A stretch of 64,000 bases of DNA from Paramoeba atlantica (Eukaryota; Protista; Discosea), in assembly GCA_977017575.1 (NCBI GenBank), contig CDRNVI010000003.1:620001-684000 (forward strand). Direction: 5' to 3'. The translations under genes and the position numbers were made by a program. Below are positions 1 through 10,837 of the stretch, piece by piece. The notes below the pieces were generated by a model, which made no database searches, had not been told where the DNA came from, and saw only the letters and a program-made list of their open reading frames with translations. The first letter of the stretch is position 1; each line of letters starts with the position of its first letter.

Positions 1-40
1 TCTTTCAGAGCGTCTCGAAATAATAAAACAATACAAGAAT

Positions 41-3000
41 CATAGCTGTCATTCGACGTCGAAAATTGCAATTCGACGTCTTCGAATGCCTTTCGACGTC
101 GAAAAAATGGGTCTTTCGACGTCGAACGAAGGAAAAAAATGGGGGATTCTTGTGTTCATGTGCAGCACTTGAAAAAATGTTTCGATCGACGGATTCTTTT
201 CACTACAGTAATTTGCTATGGTATTCGGACGAATAGATGACTACCAGAGAATAAGAAAGTAGCAACGTATGGTTGTCGTCAGATTGTTCGTCAGACCGCT
301 AGGAAGTTCTAACCGTGTTAAATGCGTCACCTTTTATTTGAAACATGTTCAAATACGTAATTAATGAAGTTTAATAAAAAGATACGGAAAATTATGACTG
401 TACTAGTCATTATCATAGTATAAGCTTATGACGTTTACTGTTGCCGTATAGCTAAGCACAAAATATCTCGCGTTGCAATAATACAAGAAAAATTTAAGTG
501 TGGGGAAAAAGTTTAGCCTTAATGGTCCTGAAGTATGAGACAAAACATGGAAAAAACCCCAGAAAATACCAGTTTCCGAACAATACATGAAACATCCATA
601 CATAAATAATTATACAGTAATACAATATAACAATATTATAATGGGTTATGAATTTATGACGTATCAGAAAAAAAGCAGACTCGCATCAGGAGCCATTAAG
701 TAATTCGGAAGCTTGAAAGAAGTTACACCGAATCCCCATTTCCCGCTGATCCTAACTGTTCCAAATTGTCAAGATACCCGAGTTTGTCGTAGTTCCCCCG
801 TAACAGCATAGAGTTTTGTACTGTTTGAGTGCCCATGGATGATTGACGGGAGTTGTACTTGGTGTTCATAACCGACATCCAAGAATCACATTTCGTCACT
901 AAAGGGGGTACCCATAAATAATGTATCGCCGCTTGATGTATACCTGGGTATTTGTAGACTCCAACTGTTTGCCACCAATGCAATTCGCACTTGTGCACTC
1001 GCGAATCCCATTCGTAGTCGACGCAATTCACATATTCATTCCATTCATTTTCCGTAATTTGAAAAATGGGAGAACCGCCTCGAAAAAGGTCGTTAGCACG
1101 ACTGAAATGAATTGGTTCGAGACCGGCTTTCCGGGCGCGTAGTGCAATGAAATCCGGTGCAAACCACATGACGTCTTCCCAATATTTCATATTGTGATGA
1201 ACTGAAAGTCGATTTATGTGATGCTTGAGGGCACATTCAAAAGCTTCACTGCAGCTTCCCACCCGACTAGCCTTCCGTAATCTTTCTAAAGTTGGCCAAA
1301 CTCCCGTTGCTAAAGGCGTACCGTCTAAATCCGAAAATTTTTGTAACGCTTTCTGGATAGGAGCTAGTTCTTCAAGAAAATATTTTGCGGAAGTCGCCAG
1401 GTTATCTACCCCTTCCCGAGCAATAAGATCCGCACACTTACGTACAGACTGACAAACTCGGGGGTTTTCCAGTTCTTGCTTCAGGAACGCGACAACAGTA
1501 GGTAACTGAGTAGAAAAGAAGGAAATGCTGCTGAACTTATCATGGCACCAGCGAGTAACTCCCCCTAACTTAGGAGCCGTAATGCCGTGTACATCCTTTG
1601 CTCTACGAACAGCTTCAATTACTTGAGGTCCATACAATGAAAGTGCGTTACGACAGCGAGGAATATTTTCATGCTGAGCGTTCAGTTCCGCCAAAATTAT
1701 ATCAGCTTCATCGGGCGCATATTGTTTCAAAATTTGTACGCTGCTGCGAAGCTGACACACCAGCTCTGTCTGATATTCATCGTCCAGTTTATTGCTAGAC
1801 AGCCCCCCATACCATTGAGTGAAAAATTGTTCCGCTTTGTTAGTTTCTTCGTCGAAAGATCCAAGAAGAACGTCTAGGGCCACACCACGATACCGCCCCT
1901 TCTTCGTACAGATCTTGTCATGTCCATAAAATGTTTGTCTGAAGAGCTTTTTAAGTTCAAAAAGGGGTGTTTCCTGAAAGGGTTTCATCGCATCCATCGC
2001 GAGGTTATTGAGAAAATGACCAAAGCAAGATAGTAAGGAGACGTGTGGCATCATGTCCACGGCCCGGTTTCCGAAGTTTATCCAGTCCGACTCCCCAATT
2101 CTTTGAACGCGATCATATATTCTTTTTAATTCTCCTTCTGCCTCATCACGGGCCACGTGGTTAACGGCACAGCCATCCACCATTAAAAACCTCATTTTTC
2201 GTACCAGGGTAATGCCGAGAATAGAATTCAATGTATTAACCAAACTCTCAGCTGTTTCTTTGCCGTTGAATGCCTTCCGCTTCGGATGATACATGGGTGG
2301 TAATAGATATTGCTCATCTGAAACATACACCACCCCTACTAATACGTGCTCGTTGAGCACGGAATCAACCCCAGCATCCACAGCTACCCCGAAGAAAGGA
2401 TGAATATCGATTTTTGAAATCATTTTTTCCCATATTTCGTTGGCCAAGTCCTTCTCCCAATCACGCATGACCCTGTGATTGTTGCCGAGTGCATTGAGAA
2501 TTTCTTCAGTATTTGCTCGCTTGGGGCGTAATTCTTCATAGTTACGAAGTAAAGCGTGTGCAGCTTTGCATGACAAGTTCGTCTTTGCCACAAGACAGGG
2601 AACGCAGCGACGAACAAAAACATTTACACTCATTGAATTGTCGTTCGGGGTCAGTGAAAAAAGTTCCGGTTCGTTTGCGATTCTCTGTCCCTCGCGCACT
2701 AAACAAGTGTGATTGATATGGTGATAGTAATGGTTGTTATGGAGCGAATGACTCCACCACGGACAGTCGCGACACTTTATGTGAGTCCGCTGGCCCATGG
2801 TATTCACGAGATGGGGCCGAGGATATTTCTCGGCGTATTCGCGACACTCTTTGTTTTTCTTCTCCAAATCTTTCGTTCTACCAGGCGGGGTATCCATTCC
2901 CAAGCAGCGTTCACGAAAGAATTTTGTCGAAATACGGGGAAACCGCATTGGGTCCTGTACAAGCTGTTTTCGAACTACTTGCCTTACAGAGCTTGCCTGT

Positions 3001-3529
3001 TGTGATGGAGAGGACGACATTTCCTCTTCAAGCCTCGCGGTACACTCTCGTCGTACTGAGACAGGAACATAACTCCCTGACGGAACGTTATCGGAAATTT
3101 CAAATCTGCTCTGGGTAGGACCATCTGCTGCTTCCGTGGAAGCATCTCGCTGCATGGCAGTTCTATTCTTCTTCGCCGAATTGGTTCTCTTGGCACGAAC
3201 CGAAGTAACTGAAGGAGTAGTAGATGAAACAGATTCGGAAGAATTTGCTTCAGCTAAAGTTGGCACGATTGCATCTGATGAAAGAGCTGGGGGAGAAGGT
3301 ATGCGGATAGGAATCATGCGCCCTCTTCCTCGAACAGAGGTGTGCATTGTGAAAAAAGAAGTAAATTAACACAAAAAAGTAGAAGACTGGTTGCAAATAC
3401 ATTTTTTAAACATTTTATAAACATATATTCTGTTGAAAAAAATTCTTTCAGAAACCACACAAGCACTCAAAATGTTTCGACCTTTCGACCGTCGAACGAC
3501 GTCGAATTCGACGTCGAATGACAGCTATG
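41..3529 (-). mobile_element. Complete hAT-superfamily DNA transposon, probably autonomous
   Basis: Perfect 23-bp TIRs CATAGCTGTCATTCGACGTCGAA at 41-63 and reverse complement at 3507-3529. AAGAAT direct repeat flanks both ends (35-40, 3530-3535). Subterminal TTCGACGTCGAA palindromes at both ends. Encloses an 874-aa transposase. Confidence 0.92.
723..3347 (-). CDS. hAT-family transposase, 874 aa
   Basis: BED-like CxxC..H..H (CRDCPWW..HHINH), FGVAVDAG (D1), FLMVDGCAVN (D2), CFGH (CxxH), TRW, and a C-terminal hAT dimerisation-like region (HWW..YP..P...CDSWMS). Confidence 0.85.
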   Translation of the reverse strand: MHTSVRGRGRMIPIRIPSPPALSSDAIVPTLAEANSSESVSSTTPSVTSVRAKRTNSAKKNRTAMQRDASTEAADGPTQSRFEISDNVPSGSYVPVSVRRECTARLEEEMSSSPSQQASSVRQVVRKQLVQDPMRFPRISTKFFRERCLGMDTPPGRTKDLEKKNKECREYAEKYPRPHLVNTMGQRTHIKCRDCPWWSHSLHNNHYYHHINHTCLVREGQRIANEPELFSLTPNDNSMSVNVFVRRCVPCLVAKTNLSCKAAHALLRNYEELRPKRANTEEILNALGNNHRVMRDWEKDLANEIWEKMISKIDIHPFFGVAVDAGVDSVLNEHVLVGVVYVSDEQYLLPPMYHPKRKAFNGKETAESLVNTLNSILGITLVRKMRFLMVDGCAVNHVARDEAEGELKRIYDRVQRIGESDWINFGNRAVDMMPHVSLLSCFGHFLNNLAMDAMKPFQETPLFELKKLFRQTFYGHDKICTKKGRYRGVALDVLLGSFDEETNKAEQFFTQWYGGLSSNKLDDEYQTELVCQLRSSVQILKQYAPDEADIILAELNAQHENIPRCRNALSLYGPQVIEAVRRAKDVHGITAPKLGGVTRWCHDKFSSISFFSTQLPTVVAFLKQELENPRVCQSVRKCADLIAREGVDNLATSAKYFLEELAPIQKALQKFSDLDGTPLATGVWPTLERLRKASRVGSCSEAFECALKHHINRLSVHHNMKYWEDVMWFAPDFIALRARKAGLEPIHFSRANDLFRGGSPIFQITENEWNEYVNCVDYEWDSRVHKCELHWWQTVGVYKYPGIHQAAIHYLWVPPLVTKCDSWMSVMNTKYNSRQSSMGTQTVQNSMLLRGNYDKLGYLDNLEQLGSAGNGDSV

Positions 3530-3535
3530 AAGAAT

Positions 3536-3753
3536 GGTATAAATGCAATACAAGAATGGTGGGACAAATGGATAAAATTATAAAAAACAAAATTAAGTCT
3601 CACGATCACGCCACCCTTGCACAAGCCATTAAAAAAGCTTTTTCCTTCCTAAAACGATCCCCTGAGACACAAAAAGTGTTAAACTCCATTGATTCGGTTC
3701 CCAATAGGCTTCGAAAAGTACTGCAAAACAATGGAGGACATTCTGGTTATTGA
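3536..3753 (+). pseudogene. Possible Tc1/mariner transposase C-terminal remnant
   Basis: LAQAIKKAF..SIDSVPNRLRKVLQNNGGHSGY* resembles the Tc1 C-terminal pattern L..AI..AW...SMP.RL..V....GG.T.Y. No catalytic motif is visible. Confidence 0.35.
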
Positions 3754-3950
3754 TTCGTTGTAGTTTTCTTCTAGGATAAGCATTTTTAAATATACTTTTT
3801 TCGTTGGTGTTACTTTTTCTGAATATGATTAAAAATCCAAAATTTCTGTTTTTTGCCAACTTTCGAGGCACCGACAGGGCACCTGGGGGTCTCTATGAAA
3901 AAAAGGCGGCAAAGCTCTTCGCTAGGGGAACGAGATGTCTTCAATGCTGC

Positions 3951-4113
3951 AAAGATGAGCAAAAACGGATTAAAAATTAAAATTTCCCGAAAAAAATTAA
4001 AATTTCCCAGGAGGGGGCAAGATCAACAACCGCCCCTGTATAAAGATGAGCAAAAACGGATAAAAAAATTAAAATTTCCCAGGAGGGGGCAAGATCAACA
4101 ACCGCCCCTGTAT
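3951..4113. repeat. Imperfect tandem duplication of a ~70-90-bp unit ending CCGCCCCTGTA
   Basis: AAAGATGAGCAAAAACGGA starts at 3951 and 4042; AAAATTTCCCAGGAGGGGGCAAGATCAACAACCGCCCCTGTAT occurs twice. May be a duplicated TA-ending transposon terminus (inference). Confidence 0.75.
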
Positions 4114-4439
4114 CCCAGGCTGTGGGCAATGCCCAGGCTTTAACGCTACATCGAAACATAACGCCCTCGTAAAGTATATCTATGATCTATGCATCAAAAC
4201 GGGGATCCCCTGTGAAAGAGAGCCACGACATTTCAGCACATGGACATGCCGGAACAAAAGGCGGAGGTTTTCGCATCACATTTCGAAAAATTATACAATA
4301 CGAAAAAACCAAAGTTCTGAAAGCTTGCGTAAGTAATTGATAAACGGGTGGGTATAATAAGATAATAGGGATACAACCGTATTTTCTATAAATTGTCTAG
4401 TATCCATTTTGTACTGTTCATATCCAAGATAAAAAGTTT

Positions 4440-5813
4440 ATGCCCCTCACACGTGCCCAAGCCGCGGCTCGCGAGGCAACAACTGCTTCGCACAATGACG
4501 CCGGAGAGCGGACACCGGAGCCTTTGCCTATTTATCCTGCTACGCGAAAGTCGACCCGCCAGAGGTCTCAATCGTTGCCGCGCTTGTCGAACCCGTTTAC
4601 GCAAGCCCGGGAGAACTTTCCTGCAGTAGAGGGCGAGGCCCGTGTACAGGCAGCCAATTTAATGGTTGACGTGTTCGGGAGACTTTCGAAGCAGCTAGAA
4701 GGAGTACTCAAAAGCCAAGAAGAACAACAAAAGCGATGGGAGCGTCGTGAAGTTGAGGCACGCGAGAGGATGGAGGCACTAATTGAGGGCTTGCGCTCTC
4801 CTGTTGTGGGGAACGCGGCGCGCGTACCCGACCGTACGAATCCAACAAATATAAACAGTTTTCAAGCTGAGTCCCACGCGGCACGAGATCAACCAGCTCA
4901 GGATCCTACACAGCCCCGACAGGAACATTTAACGAACCTGACCGAACAACAGGTAACAACAAAAATCGATGAAATCAAGAGTCTGGTCGAGCAATATGTC
5001 GTGGAGATTGTGGTGGTTTGGCGCTGGGAAACCGATGATTCCGATGCATCTTACACTTGGCGTGGGGTGGTCCATGAAAATGACTCGATGCAGTCCGGAG
5101 CTCTCACTGTAACCTTTCCACATGCTACAGTGGATATCCCGATGCGTGACGTTGCGTATCGAAGTATAGAAATCGTAGACAAGATTCCAATCGACGTCCA
5201 CACGGTATCCGGAGAGGGGGAAGGACCGGCAGTTGCATTGGAGAAAGGCGATGGTTTTGCTTTGCACGATGTCATAACGTGGGGCGCACTTCTGAAGCCG
5301 GGCAAAGAGTATGATATACTGGAGAATCGCATTCGCCTTGGACTAAAGCTTCCGCTCGTATTGTCAGAAGAGCTGCAATGTATCTGGGAATTATTCCACC
5401 AGTGGGTAGTTACAACTCAAGAAAAAGGTGGTCTTGAAGTGGCTGGCGCCAATGATGCCCGAATGGGCCAAATGATATTGGGTCGAATACGGATCAAGCA
5501 CGCCATCGCACAAGGAGCAGATCCCAAGTATGTTGAATCACATTACGTAGCTCAGAAGGATCCGACAGACGTTCTCGGTCAGATCTTAACCACAAGCATC
5601 GTGGTTAACCACAATTACTTAACCACAATTACAATCGTGGACGAGGAGTGGGGAGTTACTCCCGGTATCGAGGGAATCGGAGTTTCGCCGCCTCGAATCG
5701 CCCGTACACTCCCGAGGCAACTCAACAGCGCCGGGATTTCGCCGGTCGGGGGTCTGGCGCAAAGAAGTGACAAATGCAGGTCCGCCCCCGGACAAAACGC
5801 CAGTTATTTATAA
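4440..5813 (+). pseudogene. gag-like ORF of T1; C-terminus frameshifted
   Basis: Homologous to T2 gag (W..TWRG.V; GADxxYxxSxYVxQKDPxD.LG). A 14-bp duplication (TTAACCACAATTAC x2, ~5605-5632) shifts out of the RG-rich tail ending ..RDFAGRGSGAKK*. Confidence 0.7.
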
Positions 5814-5989
5814 AAAAGATAGTTTCAGAAAAAATCGAAAGATAGCAAGTATAAATAGAATTGTCAAGGAAAAATTGAATCAAATTGTAAAAACAAGCAT
5901 TGGTCTCGAAGCGAACAATATCGCGCACAAACAAGTGGCGACAGTAAGTTTAACCGAAGCAAAAAGTCAGAGGAATCAAGGCCGTTCCG

Positions 5990-6770
5990 CACAAAAACGC
6001 GTTTTGAAGTCCTCCGCTGCATCCCGCAGGACGGGCGGTTTCATGAACGACGTCCGTTACGTTATGGCCGAGATAGGCATAAAGAGCGCGGAAACTCAGA
6101 AGGAGCTAATCACATTATGGGCAAGAACAACGTGGTCGACACGGGCCCGTTTGCTGCGTCAGATGCGTGCGGCGAACATGGAGTTAAACGACGACGTGGT
6201 GGCTTTCATTTTCGCGTTAAAAGTAACACCACAAACCAAGCACACGTACATCAAACACATGATTTCGATACTAACACAGGCATTCACGCCCAAATGCTCG
6301 CCAAAACGCTAGTGAGGGCAGGCGCCATGATCCCGACGCACCAAGCATGTCCAATTACAAAGGACCAAATCCAATACCTTTTGCCGAAGATGACACCACT
6401 AATGGAAATCGTCATGTTAGTAGCATACAAAACAGCATCAAGAGCTGGCGAAGTGGCAAAGATGAGGCGCCGGGACGTCATAATACTGCGACCAGATCGC
6501 ATTATAATAGACTGGGGGCAACGTACCAAGGCAACGCGATCTCAACCCTACCGCCCGGACACGTTCACGGTAATAGAGGGGACCTACAACTGTATATCAA
6601 CAGAATATTCCAATACCTTATAACCTTGGGCCCTGCCCAGCGCTTCAGTACGGTGACGACAGAGTAAATTTCCCAATTCCTCAGGACGCATCTTGTCCCA
6701 GGTTACAGCTCCCACAGCTTAAAGCATGGGGCGATCCGCCATCTAATGACCCGAGTGGCGGAGAATACGC
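5990..6770 (+). pseudogene. Tyrosine recombinase of T1, frameshifted
   Basis: WARTTWSTRARL, TKHTYIKHM, then in another frame AYKTASRAGEV, DWGQRTKATRSQPYRPD, and SHSLKHG near 6710-6730. Confidence 0.8.
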
Positions 6771-7644
6771 TCACAATCGAGGAGGTACAACGTATGGCGC
6801 AGCACAAGCAATTGAGCACACTTCTCCGATATTCTGACCGCAACGAGACAACTGCAATGGCGTTGGGTACCCAGAGGGCAACGCGAACTTTGTAGGATCA
6901 AACACAAAGTCACGCGATTCCCCGAATCATCCAGGAATAACATCTCCATACATCGGAAAGCCCCAAGACGGAGAAAGAATGGCATGCGTGTACGAAAACG
7001 GCCTGAATGACGCGGCTTGGAGCCCAAAGAGGGTATGGTCGCGTATACACTGGAAAACTGAACGTCCGACCCAGGAAATGATGCAAACATTGCCGATACA
7101 TGCACGTCGGGTAAAGCCGCTACGACTGCACCGAATTAGAGATTTGATGTTGCCACACGTACGTACACGCTTTGATCAGATATGGGGGAAGATAACGAAT
7201 CCAACAGGATTACTACCCCAACTAAAACCCTCCCCTGTCACAACAAAAGATTTGACGCACTCAGATATCAAATCTTTAATGCAGGCTGACATAATCGAGC
7301 GCGTGGAACATACGTACAGCAACCCCACAAGATGCATACGTCTTTCTTGCTCAGACATGTGGGAGCTACGAGAGGTATAGTGGTGATTGGTGCATCGTTC
7401 GTTGGGTTAATAAGTAGTTCCCACACTTGTGTGAAGCGTTCTCGCGTAGGCGCATTCATCAAAGAAGTTAAACGTTCCAGGTACAGCGGCGGTAGATGTT
7501 TCGCGTGGATAGGTAGCGTCTGCATCTGCTCCGCCGTAGGGCGGCATGTTCGGCGAAACATTCTGGTTATCGTACGTCGAATACCGTACTGCATTTTCTC
7601 CGTGATTCCGATCCACCCACCTTGGTATTCGAGCGTCTTAGATT

Positions 7645-8679
7645 TCATAGGAGTTTGGTCAGCTTCTGACTTCCTAGTGCCAGTGCAGTAGTCTCGTTCA
7701 TACCTGCATAGCGCATAAGGGTTGACAATTGTTTGTGTTTGGCCAGCTGCATGACTTGCGGTATAGTTATGGAGCCTTTGGCGACTTGCCACATCAGGCA
7801 TTGGACTGATCCATGCTTGAAGGAGTGGGAACTGTAATTGCTCCCCAGTCCTTTCTTGAGCGTCCGAGTGAGGTCTTGTGTTGTACAGTTACTGATCCGC
7901 TGATGCGGGCTTAACCTCTTCAAGTAGTTGTAGATACGCCTGGTGGTTTCTCCCTCGATTACCACTAGATTGTCGGGGCGGAATGGTTGTGCCTTGGAGG
8001 TTTTCGATTTCGTACCCCAGTTGATGGTAATACGTGACGGGCGGAGCACTATAGCATCCTTCCTGCGTAGCTTGGCGATTTCCCCAGCCCGGGAAGCTAT
8101 TTTGAAAGCAAGGAGTGCAACCACTGCTCTGTCTTCCGGCATGCTCATAAGCGTTTTCTGCAAATCCTTCTTGGTTACTGGGGCCGCCTGGTGCTGTGGG
8201 ATAGATGCCCCCTTGCGGATCAACACTTTCGTGTACATTTGGGATTGCCGCGTACAGAGTTCCAGTCGCTTCAAAATTGCTATAAGGTGTTTTAGGTACG
8301 TGAGCTTGGTCTGTGTAGATATCGGGCGTCCCATAATAAATCGTATGACCCCCGTATCCGTAATGGGTATTCCCAAACTCCGCATATGGCATAGCAGACG
8401 GCACCTGGTAGTCCATGTTGTCTCCGCACACATAGGCTTCAACGTCTCCATTACCGAAGGAGATGTCATGTTGAGGAAATTGGACATAACGTAAGGGGGT
8501 CTGTTCCTGGTATGTTGTGTCTCGGTGGCTGGGTAATATTCGATATTTTGATGTGGGATCCATTGGTCTGACGATGAGCCTTGGTGATGATACGTCGGGT
8601 AGTGGATCTGTGGGTATCGATATTGCTGATTCGAACTTTGCACGTGTGGGACGGTAGTTTTTCCGTTTGTGTCTTGCAA
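7645..8679 (-). CDS. Tyrosine recombinase of T2, 344 aa
   Basis: FKIASRAGE (catalytic R), WGTKSK (K), SHSFKHG (HxxK variant of HxxR), AKHKQLSTLMRY (H, Y). Confidence 0.85.
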   Translation of the reverse strand: MQDTNGKTTVPHVQSSNQQYRYPQIHYPTYHHQGSSSDQWIPHQNIEYYPATETQHTRNRPPYVMSNFLNMTSPSVMETLKPMCAETTWTTRCRLLCHMRSLGIPITDTGVIRFIMGRPISTQTKLTYLKHLIAILKRLELCTRQSQMYTKVLIRKGASIPQHQAAPVTKKDLQKTLMSMPEDRAVVALLAFKIASRAGEIAKLRRKDAIVLRPSRITINWGTKSKTSKAQPFRPDNLVVIEGETTRRIYNYLKRLSPHQRISNCTTQDLTRTLKKGLGSNYSSHSFKHGSVQCLMWQVAKGSITIPQVMQLAKHKQLSTLMRYAGMNETTALALGSQKLTKLL

Positions 8680-8897
8680 ACGGGTCGGATAGAGGTGCTG
8701 GTCTGTAATACTGGCTGATAAATGTTTTTCCGTTTTGTACTTGCTTTGTTTATTGCAATTTGACTTTGTATTTTAATTTTCGTTTTCGTGTTCTGCTTCA
8801 TATTGATATTTTTGTATTTTAGATTCTGTATTTGATCTTTTAACTTCCTTTTTATTGGTGTGTACTTGCTTTTCCTCGGGGGGAGGACTCTTGAGAG

Positions 8898-9806
8898 TCA
8901 GTGCTGTGGACCGATCCCCCGTCCACGAAAATCCGGAGCGCGTGGTGCGATGGTCGCTTGACGCGTAATGCCATGTTCTAGTATGCCAGTCCGATTTATG
9001 GGGGTCCGATTTGCATATACTCGCCCTCGTATCGGCATGCGAGGCGTATAGCGGGTCCGCTGGGATCCACGGCTCGTATACGTGGTTGCTTGATTGTAGG
9101 TTACGCTTTGCTCAATTACATTACCAAGTCGGTCCTGTGGGTCTTTCTGGGTAACGTATTGTGAGCGTATATATCGAGCATCTGCTCCTCGATATATTCC
9201 TTGCAGAATGCGTATCTGGTCAACTGTGCTTTGGCCGACGTTTTTGTGATTGACGGCGTCGCTGTTCACGCCCCCTCTTTCTGCGCTATCGTCTATCCAA
9301 GCACACAAGATATCCCAAAGGGCTTGTAGCTGTGGCGACATTCGAGAAGGGAGATCCAGCGCCGTTCGCAACCGCTGTTTCAATATTTCAATCCCTAGTG
9401 GCCCCTGGGTAATGTATGTGTTCTATGTTGTAACGTCCCGGGGGTTGAAACTGTCGTTCGTCTCTTCTGATGGTGCAGTTTCATCGTCCGATTCGGGCAA
9501 TTTGCCTGGCATCTTTGGCTCACTTGCTGATATCACGATGCGCGTATAACACACGTTGCTATTAGGCAGAGGATAGTTACCCCATGGGTAGGGAACAATG
9601 ATAGGATTTTCCTCGTCTCCATTGTCCTCTACCGTACCTCGCCATGTTGTCGCTGTCTCTTTCCTACCTCCAACGGGGAACCAGGTTACTTCGACTTCTA
9701 TGTCATTCTGTTGCATGGTCGCCATAACCTCATTGACTTGACTCTCTACTTCCTCTGGGAGCATAACCCTTTGTGCGGCGTATTGCTTGTTGAGCTCTTC
9801 TGGCAC
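8898..9806 (-). pseudogene. gag-like gene of T2 in two frames (9423-9806, 8898-9383)
   Basis: Homology to T1 gag in both pieces; disrupted near 9400. Confidence 0.7.
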
Positions 9807-9876
9807 ACTGCATCTCTTTTTGGATCCGTAATGTCTCTTTTCACTTTTATTCGTGCGAAATACAAATAAGAAAAGT

Positions 9877-9913
9877 CAACAAGGTACAGAAACTGTATCT
9901 TTATCGTTAAAGT
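9877..9913 (-). other. Full 37-nt spliced-leader exon relic
   Basis: Reverse complement reads ACTTTAACGATAAAGATACAGTTTCTGTACCTTGTTG. It is followed by ACTTTTC, not a GT donor, and flanked by a 35-bp direct repeat (9843-9877, 9916-9950). Confidence 0.85.
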
Positions 9914-10289
9914 CAACTTTTATTCGTGCGAAATACAAATAAGAAAAGTCTGTCTAATTTTGCAAATAATATCATACCGTAGTTCACGAATAAATCCTTC
10001 ATGTTTAATTCCTGACACTAGTACAAAGGCCCAATTACATTTTCAAGAGTTTTATTAAGGCAGGGTAGTGGATTAACTTGTTAATCCACGCTGGGGAGTA
10101 GCGAACCCCTCCTACCCTGGAGCTAATAATTATTGGTTTCCTTTCATAGGAGGATAAGTCGGGTGTGTGCCCTCTATGGTTGAGATTACTCCTGTGTTGG
10201 CACAGATGCTTCGAGCATCAGCATCCGCACAGCGGACCTAGGCTGGAACTAGGGGGCCATATCTCTTCGGAGACAAACGGCCTTGTGAT

Positions 10290-10500
10290 AAAACAAAACA
10301 AACAAACTACCCGTTCGCACCCTGCCTTCGAGAGTACTCCATGCTGTAATGGCGCGAACAGTGGCTCTAGAATGTTCTCGTACCTTTGTATGAGAATGCA
10401 TCCCGCTAATTTCATCAACACTTCCCCAATGGCGACAGGTCTTATTCCACCATTCGGTTTATGGAGCGCGACCAGCCTGGCGCGGGTGAGACGACGCATC
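10290..10500 (-). pseudogene. CRE-like (subfamily B) RT fragment
   Basis: RLTRARLVALHKPNGGIRPVAIGEVLMKLAG..QHGV matches the RT N-region of the elements at 50629-51834 and 55392-55690. Confidence 0.8.
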
Positions 10501-10509
10501 ACTTCTTTT

Positions 10510-10590
10510 TTCATCACCCCCTTTTTGTTTATCACCCCCTTTTTGTTTATCACCCCCTTTTTGTTTATCACCCCCTTTCTGTTTAATCAC
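10510..10590. repeat. 18-bp tandem repeat (TTTATCACCCCCTTTTTG) x~4
   Basis: Direct inspection. Confidence 0.9.
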
Positions 10591-10715
10591 CTTTTTTTTG
10601 AGAGAATCTACCTCCAAAAATACATATCAATCTTTCATAATTCCCGCCTACAGTGCAGCGGTTAAAATACAATATTGCCCCTTAAATTAGGGCTTCTTCT
10701 TCACATGATGATCTC

Positions 10716-10837
10716 GGAGATTTATCCCCCGTGGAGATCTCATTCGTCCTCAAAGGATCGAGAACTCACGTTTAGACGGGCGAGACTTGATCTCCTTTAC
10801 CCCCCGTTATCTTCCCTCTACCCTGTATCCCATACCG
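10716..10837. repeat. ~122-bp dispersed repeat, second copy at 24060-24183
   Basis: GAGATTTA.CCCCGTG.AGATCTCATTCGTC..CAAA.GATCGAGAA.TCACGTTTAGACGGGCGAGAC..CCCATACCGTA at both sites. Confidence 0.85.

Larger units (their letters stand above)
4440..7330 (+). mobile_element. YR retrotransposon (TATE/VIPER-like) copy T1, 3'-truncated in RT
   Basis: Order is gag-like ORF, frameshifted YR, then the start of RT (LPIHARRVKPLRLHRIRDLM..TRFDQIW); homologous to the other YR elements here. Confidence 0.8.
7330..9876 (-). mobile_element. YR retrotransposon copy T2, SL-headed, truncated in RT, tail-to-tail with T1
   Basis: Broken gag (8898-9806), intact YR (7645-8679), RT start (LPIHAKHLPPLYLERL..ERFTQVW). 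An SL copy abuts the 5' end. Confidence 0.8.

Noticed and set aside
403-603. 66-aa ORF and other short ORFs in AT-rich spacers (e.g. 10787-10999, 45818-46006)
   Set aside because: Short, compositionally biased and without recognisable motifs.
921-3369. Short ORFs antisense to the transposase, and similar antisense ORFs over RT genes elsewhere
   Set aside because: They are shadow frames of real genes with no independent motifs.
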